From the NCBI GenBank assembly GCA_051294905.1, contig CM119372.1:18292001-18356000 (forward strand): 64,000 bases of DNA. The letters run 5' to 3'. The position numbers were made by a program, and so were the translations under genes. Within the stretch, counting starts at the first letter, position 1, and the number at the start of each line of letters is the position of its first letter. The notes beneath the pieces are model-generated. The model saw nothing but the letters and a program-made list of their open reading frames with translations, did not search any database and had not been told where the DNA came from. Positions 51,772-64,000 of the stretch are shown one piece after another. This stretch comes from Botryllus schlosseri. Taxonomy: Eukaryota.

Positions 51772-53704
51772 CTCATATTGCACAAGTCTTTGGCCTAATT
51801 AATTCTGACCTATTGCGTTTGACCTTCTGATATTTAAGGTGACAATAACCAAAAACGGCACTGCCCAGTGCCAATACCTTTGGCCAGAATCGAAGATCTA
51901 AATCACTGGTTCCCGACCTTTTTTGACTCATCGCCCCCTTTTCAAGCTCCACACCGATCATCGCCCCCCAAATTTTGTGAACCGAATAATGAGCATACAA
52001 ACTGTAGCCTAATCCCCGGCTGGTTGACTTAAAGAAAAAGGTCAACTATTCGGCTCGATGTCGAACTTTCACGCTTTTGCAGCTAGACTTTCGTGGGTTG
52101 ACTAAGAAAAAGGGTCATTTTGGCTTTTGAATTAGATGATAGTGAGATCCAGAGGTAGGCTAACAGTTAGTAACTACCTTTAAATTGTCATTACATTTAC
52201 AAGTAGCCTACTCTTGTGTTTCCATGCAGCTCCATACGTACTCTAAAGTTTGAAATACGGATCCGACATCCAAAAAGGCTATGAACAACTGATCTAAATG
52301 GACAATAAAATGTTCTGGAAAAGCTACGTAAAAGTGATACAAAACAGATATATATGCTATACCAGTCCATTCCAAGCGGATCAGAGTCAAAAACTGAGAT
52401 GTCGTTGCTCGTCGTCATTTAATTGATTATTACGACTAAAAGTGGGGGCATTGGCGTAGTTGGAACATCCATCGCCATCGAAGCTGGAAATCCCTGGTCG
52501 AGTTTCGACAGTACAGTAGGTGTATTGGCATCCCCCTTACGCCGCTGTTCTTTGACGTGCTTTAAAAAATCATCAAGGTCGAGATGGATGTTATATAGAT
52601 TAACACACCTTGGCCTAGTGCCCTGATGTAAGTAACAGTATTCGATCTTTATCTTTATTCGACTGATGTCGTTCTTTGGACGCTTTTTCCATGCATTCGC
52701 TTCTTTGTGCGCGGTCATTCCGGTTTCATCGGCTTTTTGTCGCCGTAAGAGCGATCGGCACAGACGAAAAGAATCCGAAATCAACATTTGACGCTTCGAA
52801 ATGTTATAGGCCTACTGCCTAGAATTGGTCTGGGTACCCCTAAAACTCTATGACCGTTGATATATCCTGTACGCCAACTCCCCTTCATTACATGGCATTG
52901 TGTCTTATGTGTCGCATTGTACATATAGTGTGTCTTGCTGAGCGGATTATGAAATGTAGTTATATTGGTGGTGACCCGACGCGTCAGCATCTTCAAAAAT
53001 CTCTCTGTTTTCAGATCAAGATCATTCCTACGTTACGTCGCGGTGCATATTTCAAGATTACTAGGACTGAGTCGCGGCAGCGACGTGGTCACAGAGGTAT
53101 TCTACATAGAGTTATGTAAACTATGTAAAATTCCGTTTTCCGTAGTGAGCAGGCGTGCAGCGGCATAGAGTCTTATCTGCATCATAATCATTCGATAAAC
53201 TGACACGGACGGGATTGGTACTGAATAAATCCAATTATAGAGGTCTCGTTTTACCACGAATTTAAAGTTTTTTGTAACTCATTGGAAGAGGAGCTTCCGT
53301 CAGTGGTGAAATGTGGAATTAGTTCGCATTTGATTTCGACGCAGCACTGTTAGAAAAATTCAGGTCACTTTACCAGTCTCAGACTGGGCAGCAGTTTTAC
53401 CAGCTCTAGTAACCTTTTGATACTAAAAGTTTCTGGTAAATTACGCTACTAGTAAATCCTGGTCCTCTTGATTACCAGAATTCTGGTAAGTTACGCTACT
53501 AGTAAATCTAGTACTGGTCCTCTTGATTACCAGGATTCTGGTAAATTACGCCACTAGTAAATCTGGTACTGAAGTCACAGCCCATAGCGCCTGATGCATT
53601 TATTGGCTTTAGGTTTTCTGATGCTCTTCTCATCCTTCTGTGAATTAATTAAATGTTGCAGCTCGAAGCATTTATTTCCACGATTTTGAAATTTCAGTCA
53701 TTAC

Positions 53705-54084
53705 TAGGGCGATTCATTTTTGACATGTCAAAAAAAGTCAAAATTTTGTCAAAATTGTTTACGAAGTCAAAAATTTTTTGCAACCTGCATTACGTTTGTA
53801 TTGCAGATATTTGGACTGTTGGTGAACTTATCATTTGACATTTTTCACGTTGTGGCCTACTTTATAGACAATGTAGTAAAGTATCTTTCATTGAACTAAA
53901 ACAAATTTTAGTAACAACTGGAATTCTTCATAGGGCCAGATTTCGTTTCATGTAAAAATAAGAAAGTCTTTTTCAGGCCAAAATACTTCGTAAGGACAGA
54001 TAGTTCGGATACGTCAGGTCAAAATTAGGTTTTTAAAGTCAAAACATATCAAATCTTGTTTTTAGGTCAAAAAAAATCGCCCAA
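53705..54084. mobile_element. hAT-type MITE (TAGGGCGAT TIR, GGTCAAAA repeats); relatives at about 42665-42845 and 63440-63800
   Basis: TSD gtcattac/gtcattgc (7/8). Confidence 0.8.
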
Positions 54085-55274
54085 GTCATTGCATTTCTGG
54101 TGTGCAGTCATCAGTTGCTTGACCTTGATGAGCACATTCTTTTTCTTTATCACACTCGACCGCGACCCGTCGTCAGATATCTCAGCAAAGATCCTGTGAT
54201 AAATGAAAGATATATCTAATAAACATATAACTACAAAACTATGTACATGGTATTTCCTAAGATAAATTCAATCTGACCCAGAAGAATTATTTTATGTTGA
54301 TAATATAATGCGAACTTAACTTCTGGGAGGCTTCTTCCCCCAGACCCCCTGTCAGGATATAAGTTTTCAACGCTACTGATAAGCGACTATAGTGGGTGAG
54401 TTCCAATTGCCGGATTGCGCCAGGCGCGAAAATATTCTACAATTCATGATTGAATTGGTCAATAATATCTGGAATTGCTAATATATTGCTATAAAATTTT
54501 TATTTTCTCCCTGCCCACGTAATCAGATTTACAGATATCGCTTAGTGAGATGTTGCCTTGGAAAATATAGGACGCGTGAATAATAATTAAACATATTCGG
54601 GTGGGTCTGTTGGTATGATAACTAAGTTAGATGATGCTATTTTGTCACTTCCTTACTGCTATGTTAAGATATTAAAATCGCTTGAATGCAAACTAAAAGA
54701 GGCACACGATTTTAAATTAATAGTGCTTCGCTGGTACTGCTGCTCACATTGGTTTCACTCTCACTCAGCTTACCTTTGTATGAATTCCAGAGTAGCTATC
54801 AGCTCTTGCGGATACTCCATGTTAAACACGTAGAATACGACGCAGAAGTTGTTGGTCGAAAATATTGCGCTTCTCTCCGCAGTTATTTGTTGGTCGAAAA
54901 TATTGGGCTTCTCTCCGCAGTTATTACAAACTCCTTAGACTTGTAGAGGACTGTGCCTAAAAATAAACAGAAGTGATAGAGTAGTCGGTGCTGCTACTCA
55001 AGTATAGACGTAGAAGTAATGTCTTATATAGGGTTACCATATTTTCGTGGCCCAAATTACGAACACTCTTTAGCACCTGACAGCGGGTTGTAAAATGAGT
55101 AATGAAAACATAGGACTTGTGAATGAATTATGTTATTAATATTCATTCTTCCATTTTTTCACTATAAAGATTTTATCCTTTGTTTCAAATTACTTCAAAT
55201 GTTGTTTTCAAAATGAGTTATTTGCCAGTGCCTAATGCATCTGACATGCATCTCACTTCTAGGACTGGTGAATA

Positions 55275-55660
55275 CTAGCGAAGTACATAGTAATAAGAGC
55301 AGCCTTGCATTGTCCTTACCATATGTTTGAATAATTTGAACGTTGGTTCTCCAAAGAATGCACAGAGCAGGTCGTGCATCCCGACAGAGGAAGGATATTC
55401 TTTATAATCTTCCCATTCTGATAGAAGTGAAAATCTTGACATTATGTGCTTTACTTTCTCCGACTTTGATTCATTAACAGACACGTATGGGAGGCAATAC
55501 ACCGTCCAAATCGACTGGCTCTAAAAATTGAGCTTTTTTCATGTTCCCAACTTCAACTTTAATAAGATGGGAAATGACTTCCTCATGCACATCAGTAGTT
55601 TGATCGGCTAGGATTACACAAACATACTTCTCCATTTCTAATTTGACTGTAAAAAGACCA
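55275..55660 (-). pseudogene. Possible degenerate hAT transposase fragment
   Basis: VILADQTTDV resembles the hAT catalytic-Asp motif (ILADETTD). It is followed in another frame by EWEDYK...FKLFKHMVR, and a TAGGGTTACCATA end lies at about 55028. Confidence 0.4.
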
Positions 55661-57124
55661 AGTACATGGGTTATACCATAGAAAGCTTGACATATTAAAA
55701 TAGGAAAATTTGAGTCGATATCGAAAATCACTGAAAATCGAATTACCATAATTACCACAAGCAGACGTGGACTAACAAAAATTAGTAGCTTCACAAGTAT
55801 CAATGCAAAACTCCATACTTAAGAAATGACAATTCTGACGCTAATATTCAGTTGCAATTCAATAAGTCAGTAATGAATTGATGCTATATTAGTAAATTCG
55901 TAAAAAGAATCGAAGCCCCTCATCTCATTTCAAATCCCAAGCCCTTATTTTCCGGCTGGCTAGGTGCCTGTAAGTAAGTACAGATGCTTCACATACCGGT
56001 AGCTAAACATGGTCACTTGAATATAAATGAACTAAATTAAAATCATTCCAGCTCTTCATCCATCTATATATAGGTAAAAAAAGCATGGCTTGATATCTCT
56101 GCTCACCAGCATCCAGTCTAAATACGAGATTGCAACTGCAACAAATAGACTGAAACGAATTGACTATGTTACATATTCGCGCGCAATGCCTGAGAGCGAC
56201 TCGAGTGTATCAAACCAACGCACACGCACGCCCAGCGCAATTATTACATCATAGTGCCCTACTCTCACGGCTGACTGCGATTGGTCTACGTCAACAATGC
56301 TGTCTGGCAAAACGAGACCAATGAGCGGTTGCGCGGGGAGAGTGATTTACCGAGAATGCTCGCAGCTGGCGTCGGGGCAATGATCCCGCTGTATTACTTC
56401 TGACGCAAAAGGTCCCCGGCATTCATAGAAATCCGAATGGCGGTTGAAACATGATAAACCTAATTCTTACGTCAACGTATACAGTTATGTCTCCTATAAT
56501 CCTGACAAAGACTATATAGGCCTTAGGTTAGGCTTGGTTAGAGCATTCCACTGAAAAACAAAGGTTGTTCTAAATTATACCGGATTTTTCGGGATAAATG
56601 TGTTCATCTACTGCAAGTATCAAATAATCTCATATTAGTTTACAACTCTATCCAAATATACATATACTAAGCGATAGTATAGTGCGCACTAGGCCTGTTG
56701 CTGTCGCTGCCTATCTCGCCTATTCGCCAAAAGTCACCATCGATTACATTGTAATCCCACCATCATGACCTGCTCACCCATCTGACGTTCTCAACATCCG
56801 CCTGCTTTAACAGTAAATTTACCAGAAATCACTGGTAATTATGAGTTGGTATACTGGTTTACCAGTTAAAGAGATGTAAAATTTACCAATTTCTCTAACA
56901 GTATACCAGAAATGTCTGGTAATTATCGTTACTAATGAGTTGGTATACTTATTTACCAGTTAAATAGATGTAAAATTTACCAATTTTTCTAACAGTGAGG
57001 GCTAAATACACGCTGATTAAGTATGCGATATTAATTTAAGCAAGTATTAACACATATCACAAAGAAATAAGTATCATGTGAACTGGCTATTTAAAAAACT
57101 CCGCTTGCATGATAAGGATATAGC

Positions 57125-58660
57125 CAGAGGTGGTCAGTAACGAAGTACTTCTACTTTTCCGAAGTACTCAAGTAGTTATCCACTACTTCTGGTCAAGTAG
57201 ATCTTTTATTCGCTACTTCTACTTCAACTTCGTAATATTTTGTGAGCTACTTACTTACTTTCCGCTATTTTCAGTTTGTCAAGTAGAAGCAGTTTAATCC
57301 CCCATTAAAAAAAGATAGCCTAAGAAAGTTCGGGGCTGTGCCGGGCTGCCAGAATTTTCGTTGTGCTACGCGCACAGTAGATATGGAGTGACAAATATGT
57401 TTTAACGAAAGTATCGCTGAATATAATTTAGATATCGGGTTGCGTGGTTCCGTTCACACCGCATTGTCGCCTATATCAAATATTTCATCCCAGTAAGTAT
57501 GGCCCCCCATAACGTTTGAAACCATCGTCTCGCAATCTAGCAATTACCTATTATAACTAGGGCTGGGCAAAATGATTCGAGTACTCGAATCTGAATCGAG
57601 TGTTAATTTTAATGATTCGAGTCGAGTAGTGAAATACGAATTTTTCGAGTACTGAAATTATACGCTCGTCGCCACTGAAAGTTAATTTATCAACGAGAAT
57701 TATAGTTTCAATACTCATTTTCACTGTTGAAGCCTTGAAACCTTGATTGGCGGTATCGTAGCATATGAAACATATAGTACAAAGCTACGAAAGTTACTGG
57801 ACGTAGCACATTTCCAAAATCATGATTATGCCACAGAATTGTCACCAAGTGGAATGAAATCGGATAGACAAAATAATACCAAAGTATCATTTATCAGATG
57901 TATAAGAGGCATTATATTCTTTATGGTGGCATAAACGGTACATATTTGAACTTTGACTCATTACATTCAGTTATGACGTCATAATGAGTGATACTCGATT
58001 ACTCGACTCGACTCGAAGCATATTACGTGATTCAGAATCGAATCACTCAGCTACTCGATTTTGCCCAGCCCTAATTATAACTAGCAGCCCATGACGTGCC
58101 CTAATCTGGAAAAGTGAACTTTGACTTTTTTAAACGTTAGACCTGTTTTAGCAGACCACGGTTGAAACTTTCTGGACAAAAGACATAAAATATATTTTCC
58201 GCTTTTTAGAAGTCGTGTTTGCATTTTTCTTTCAATTACGAGTATTATTCGTTGAGTTCTAATTACAGTTTCAGTTCTTTTGTCTGGAAAACAAACATGT
58301 TGAAGATTAAAAGCAAGCATCGCATTTCCATGTCAACACTCTCATTTACATCCCATGATGTGGACGACTACTTATTCTGTTAAATTGACACCTCCCGGGA
58401 TGTATCAATATGAATCAAGCCCTCTACACCTTCCGCATAGCTCCACTTGCAGCTTTTGACAGTCCATGCGAACGAATCACGATCCTTCTCACAACTACTT
58501 GCTTACTTGAGTAGATTCAAAGTCAGTCAATTCTACTTCTACTTTAACTAGTTTTAGGTTGCTTATGAAAGAAGTACTTCTACTCGTACGTGAGTAGATT
58601 TTCTCGTCGCTACTTCTACTTCTACTTGAGTAGCTTTCTTGACTACTTTGACCACCTCTG
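57125..58660 (+). mobile_element. hAT-type MITE family A copy carrying a nested family B MITE
   Basis: Perfect TIRs; body interrupted at 57558-58073; TSD degenerate. Confidence 0.88.
57558..58073 (+). mobile_element. hAT-type MITE family B nested in family A
   Basis: TIR tagggctgggcaaaa...ttttgcccagcccta; exact TSD attataac. Confidence 0.93.
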
Positions 58661-60206
58661 GATAGTTATTTTCTAAACACACTGTGAACAATGGAATCAC
58701 TAGTGTTCTTTGCTTTTGTTTTTTTTCCTTATACTTGCTCCTCTGATATCGACTGATGCTTGAGTGACTCCAGCCACGAAGACTTCGGTCATATCGGGTT
58801 TCCCAGTCTACCATGTAATATATATTTAGGTAAATAAAAAAAGTATGTCAATAGTGCACGTGTTAGTCTGTGGACATTCCCCATACTGATTTTCATGGTT
58901 TGACGAATAAAAGAATTCTTTCTCTCTCTCTCTCTTCCATTTCCGCATCATTCAGTTTAGTTCGGTTCATTAACAATTTCGAAACAATACAAGATAGCAA
59001 TGATATGAAAATATTGGAATGAGTCGAAACGAATAGATGTAGTCTTACCATCAAACTTCCACCTTGGCCCAGATTTTATAAGTTATAGGAATTCACACAG
59101 AATTAAAATAACTGAACACAAAAACGGATAAGCAACGAAAATTAAATGACATGTGTCGGCAGACCAAATATGTATGTCAGATCGTCGTACGGTAATCTCG
59201 AACGCCAAACTACATGCAGTCTGTATTAGGCAGCAGAATCTGCTTGTATGTTGTCATGCATGAGGACAACTGGACAGTTGACATGCTCCTCGACCGTCGG
59301 ATATCCCGGCGAAATACTAGTCCACAATTTTGATCCGTCATACTGTAGGGAGACGCGTTCACTTGTAATTCGTTCGGAAGATATAGGATAATAGGACCGT
59401 GGACGACTAGGACGTGCGTGTAATATAAACTTAAACGCTTTGCTTTATGTTACGAGGTTAAATTCTGTGGGCAATCGCCGCAATAGGACTAATACACAGA
59501 CTTGGCAATTTCTAGATTTCTCATGTCTCTCACGTCTAAGACACCATTGATTTTGAGTGGCGATTTGTTGGTCGTTCTTTAGCACTTTAGCAATGATACG
59601 AGGAACCTGATATTGTAGCTTTGGCAGTGGTCAAAGTGCCTCCTTGTCCATACTAGCAGCACCCAAGCAAGGAATGCCCCGTTGTCACAGGCACGGTGTA
59701 AAGATGAGGTGCCAGGCAGCGTATAAGTATAGACAAATAACCTACCAGGTTAGTTGTCTAATATAAGGCGGTAGAATAGTCCACATTCCTTCTGATACTT
59801 ATTATTTTAGCGACTGTATGTGACTCACCCATGGAAAGGGAATTTGCAGCATATTTGACACGTAAATCGTTGTTTTAGGTCGTCGACGACGACTTCCGAG
59901 AGCTAGTGGACGTGTTTACTTCTTTGACCTATCACTTCCTGGTAAGTGACAGCATGTAATCATTCTCATGTATTTGGGTGACCGAAACAAGCACCTGACA
60001 GAAGCGTTCGCAATGATATTGCTAATAGTTTTACGTCATAGTCCGGAATTGAGTTCATATAGGCCTTGTCCAACCCCAGTGATAATTTCGCATTGCTGAT
60101 GGTTCGAATTTGACAGAAAGTTGCACGAAAATATAGAAAATCATTCATCATGTTCGTATTACCCCACTCGATTTTGGCGAAACCAGTCAATAGGCAAGGT
60201 TGATAG

Positions 60207-61101
60207 CAGAGTTGTAACCAAGTAGCAAGGTTCCGAGTCACAAGTCAATCTCACTTTTATAGTTTTGACTCGAGTCAAGTCGAGTCATTTTCAATTCAAC
60301 ACCGAGTCAAGTCCGAGTCCAAGTCACGGAGTAGAGTGTCGAGTCCGAGTCATAGTGTTTTGACTCGAGTTCGAGTCCAAGTCATTGTGTTAACTGTTCA
60401 GATCCGAGTTAATGCCATGTGAACCCCCCCCCTTTTAGTACTCTGCTCAGTGATATCGAATGGTTCGCATTCATAATATACCGAGATGATATGGCGAGAT
60501 AGCGCAGTGCTATAATCCGCGGCTGCAACACCAATAGGTTCCGGGATCGAGTCCGACCGAGGTCGACTTCAGAATTCCAATACCTAAGTGTTGTGGGTTT
60601 ATCTAGGCTCCTCCTCGCCACCTCATCCGCGTATGCGGTGTCTTACAAAAAACCTAGAAGTGGGCCGTGCTACGAGTCGGCAGTTACGGAATAAAAATGA
60701 AGAATATCGGCCTGGTGTAAATGACCATAGTAGTCGACAAACACCATGAATACCGCAAAACAAACACAATATACTAAGTTTTCTAACTTTTAATAGTTTC
60801 TGGTAGCAATTTCAAGAATACCAGTACTGGAGACGAAATAATAATAGTGTGATAACTTGACTATTCTTTTAAATACAACACAACGAAATGTACGTCTTGG
60901 TAGACCCAGTCTCGAGTCATATGACTTGGTCCCAGTCATGAGCAATGACTCGACTCCAAGTCGAGTCGATACACAAATTGACTCGAATCGAGTTTAGTCA
61001 TTTCTCATTTTTTTAAATGACTCGAGTCAAGTCCAGTTACCGAAAACTCGCAACTCGAGTCTGATTCGAGTCGATTCATGACGCGAGTCATTACAACCCT
61101 G
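60207..61101 (-). mobile_element. hAT-type MITE family D carrying a nested SINE
   Basis: cagagttgtaac...ttacaaccctg; exact TSD gttgatag. Confidence 0.9.
60492..60767 (+). mobile_element. tRNA-derived SINE nested in MITE family D
   Basis: A-box-like tagcgcagtgc and B-box-like ggatcgagtcc; aatatac repeated at 60475-60481 and 60768-60774; 3' half nearly identical to 43955-44085. Confidence 0.8.
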
Positions 61102-62023
61102 GTTGATAGTATTAATATTTAACACCTGTCAGATATTATTGCTATTTGCACTCATAGAGCCGGCGATAACATGTAAAACCCAGAGGTTCCCAATTTGGGG
61201 CAATCATTCCCTGTCGGAGGGAGGGGGAATGAACAAATTCCAAGTATATGCTCCACTACGGGCTAACAAAACAAATAAATTAAAATTTTATAAACTTTGG
61301 ATTATGGAAAAGTAGTTTTGGAATATGTTTGCGCCATTTTTATGGGTGAAATTGTCATAACAGCTGGTCGAAGCATCCCCTGAATCATGGTAACTAAATA
61401 TGTTTTCGAAAATTCCAGCTATAGGTTAGGGTTATAGTTATAGTCGCGAAGATGCATCTTGCAATTTCGAAAGGGGTCACCTTCGATTACCTTCTAAAAG
61501 TATGCGATCTTTCTAATCTACTTTTAGAATTGACTTGGTTTAAGAACTTCATTTACTTTTCCTAGTTGCCTGTCTTAGAAATATGTTTTGGAAATAGCCA
61601 CTTCTGCTTGAATACCAACGCTGACTATACTTTCACCGCCTCTGATGATCATCCCTATATATATCCTTGCATATTTCCAGGACATGGATGAAAGTATTCA
61701 GGAAATCGGTGACGTAATTGACAATTGTTTCTGTTCTCAAGACACTATACAAGAGATGGAGCCACACATTGTCAAAATCTTATCCGCCATTCTTGATTCG
61801 CAAGATTTCAACGATTTATGAGGTAGCCAAGTCTTAAGTTACAAAATTCGGATCCGGAATCATCTCTATCTGTATTGTCAGGAAGTTAAATTACAATGGA
61901 AAGGGGCTGAAAGAGACTCGATTGCAAAGAGCTGTCAATGGACGCGCGGATGAACAACAGATCACCTTTATTCTGAAATGTTTCAAAACAAGCCTCTCTT
62001 CCGCAGTGACTGCGTGGTCTATC

Positions 62024-62512
62024 TAGGGTTGCATTTAAAACAAAAATCTATCTAAAACAAACACGTTTAAAACAAGGCCCGTGCTGTATTTTTTTAAGCC
62101 ATGCCGTCACGAATATTCAGTTGTGACGTCATAGTTGAATGACATTTACAATTAAAAATATAGGGTAAATATAGCTCCTTTGACAAAATAGGGTTCCAAC
62201 CCCTGTCATATACGGACCAAAAATATTCTCAACCAGGACTGCATCGTCATGCAGCATGTTTCCGGTCGGCGGGCATCATAATCAGAACATTCATTCCCTA
62301 GCAATGATCTATGTCTACGTACGATAGCTGTCGAACCGACTATTTCGAGGGTTCCAACCATTCCATATCGTGTGCGTCGGCAATTATGGCATAATTATAC
62401 AAAAACTTATAAAAGACAATTTTTTAAAGGCCTTTGTTCAAAACGCTGTTTAAAACATGTTTTAGACAAAATGTTTTAAACAATCATCTGTTTAAAATGC
62501 AATGCAACCCTA
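62024..62512. mobile_element. hAT-type MITE (TAGGGTTGCATT TIR, TTTAAAAC repeats); partial copy at about 43150-43474
   Basis: tagggttgcatt...aatgcaacccta; flanks ggtctatc/cgtctatg (6/8). Confidence 0.8.
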
Positions 62513-62640
62513 CGTCTATGGTTGATTCAAAACACGGGCGTTCATATTCTTCACATACAAACGGCATAGCCGGAAAACCCCAGAAAAACTTGGTACCTGA
62601 ATAGCCTATGTAGCCTATATACTTCTGACTTTGTCAGGAG

Positions 62641-63167
62641 TAGGGCTGGGCACAATGATTCGAGTACTCGAATCTGAATCGAGTATTAATTTTAATGATT
62701 CGAGTCGAGTAGTAAAAGACGAATTTTTCGAGTACTGATATTATACGCTTCTCGCCACTAAAAGTTAATTTATCATCAAAAATTATACCGTCTATACTCT
62801 TTTCCACTGTGGAAGCCATGAAACCTTAATTGTCCGTATTGCAGCATAGAAAACAGGGCATGAAGTACAAGTACAAAGCTACGAACGTTACTGGAAATAC
62901 CACATTTCCGAAGTCATGATCATCCCACAACATTGTCACAAAGTGCAATGGAATCGGGATGGTCGAAAAATACCAAGTATGGTTAATGTGATGGATAGCA
63001 CGCATTATATTCTTTGTGGTGGCATAAAGAGGTACAAATTTGAACTTTAACATATTACATTCTGTTATGACGTCATAATGAGCGATACTCGAATACTCGA
63101 CTCGACTCGAAGCAAAATACGTGATTCAGAATCGAATCACTCAGGTACTCGAAAATGCCCAGCCCTA
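62641..63167 (+). mobile_element. hAT-type MITE family B
   Basis: TIR tagggctgggca...tgcccagcccta; exact TSD gtcaggag. Confidence 0.93.
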
Positions 63168-64000
63168 GTCAGGAGCAGGGCGGCGCTCAACGGTTCAAGT
63201 ATCCACTTTTAGATCGAGTTACATCTTGACGAGAAAACTTACCCATTATCGGTTATACAATGATGTGATTTATAGGTGAGACGACTAAATGCGTCTTGAC
63301 CTTCGTCGCACGAGACTCGGAGATACATTGCATCGCAATGCAGGGGCATGCAGGGGCGATATAAGAGATCAACATTCTACATATCTTTCGCAGGCGGCAA
63401 AAACCGATTCAATCGTCAATTATAAATTTTATTCATAACTAGGGCGGTTTTTTTTTGACCTAAAAAAAAGAAAATTTTGACCTAAAAATTCAAAATTTTG
63501 ACTTTTTTTGACCTAAAAAAACTGAATTTTGACCAAATTTTGACCTAACGTATGCAAATTAGGTGTTTTCCCAAATAATGTCAAAATTGTACCAGTTATC
63601 TACATTTCCGGTTGTAACTGGCTGTCCCAACGAAGTAGTTTGGCCTGAAAAAACGTTTTGGCTTAGAAACAGGCGACTTTGTACATATAGAAAACAATAT
63701 TTTAACGAAATCTGGCTCTATGAAGAATTCCAGTGGTTGCAATACGTATTATGGCGGAAATAATTTAAAAAAATTGTAGTACAACGAGAGATACTTTCCT
63801 ATATTCTTGTGTAAAAAGTGCATGTCCTTACTTGCCAAGGACGTTCAACAGCAGCAGTTGGCTGACAACACTCAAGTTGTGCAATGTGCATACACTACTG
63901 GTGACGCAATATGTTGCTTCATTCTGACAATGTTGTCTATTACAATTTTTCATCATGCGCTTCTCAATATAAGAATGATGCCCCAGTTAGGATATTGCGG

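Larger units (their letters stand above)
53345..56997. mobile_element. CACTA/EnSpm-like non-autonomous element with nested insertions
   Basis: Perfect 16-bp TIR CACTGTTAGAAAAATT...AATTTTTCTAACAGTG; 2-bp TSD ag; TTACCAG/CTGGTAA subterminal repeats at both ends (53370-53570 and 56815-56990). Confidence 0.75.
50078..61821 (+). pseudogene. Possible decayed multi-exon gene of unknown product
   Basis: Exon-like blocks with good splice sites: 50078-50337 (donor GTaagt) joins in frame to 53015-about 53110. Blocks 59811-59941 (in-frame TAG inside; donor GTaagt) and 61681-61821 (DMDESIQEIGDVID...) follow. No recognisable domain, and the linkage between blocks is uncertain. Confidence 0.25.

Overview
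AT-rich, intron-containing animal genomic DNA, most likely an invertebrate chordate such as an ascidian (inferred from a RhoD/RhoF-type GTPase, 50-62 bp introns and heavy MITE load). Genes assembled by hand from splice sites and reading frames: a 4-exon proteasome beta-2 subunit (PSMB2, minus, 4283-8363); a spliced ParB/sulfiredoxin-fold-like gene of unknown function (minus, about 9960-10727, 5' end not found); a type-I membrane protein with PAN/apple domain, Ser/Thr stalk, one EGF domain and a TM helix (plus, 22674-26443, both ends incomplete); a 4-exon RhoD/RhoF-like GTPase (plus, 36966-46754); and a single-coding-exon multi-pass membrane protein with His motifs resembling the largely bacterial DUF6962/CREST-like hydrolases (minus, 47393-48475). 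Much of the rest is non-autonomous DNA transposons, many with exact 8-bp target-site duplications (TSDs) and nesting. There are also a CACTA-like element, a Sola2-like foldback, tRNA-derived SINEs, a LINE 3' end, 28-34 bp TIR-only palindromes that look like P-type excision footprints, and an excess of TAGGCCTA motifs. No database search was possible, so all family assignments come from motif recognition.
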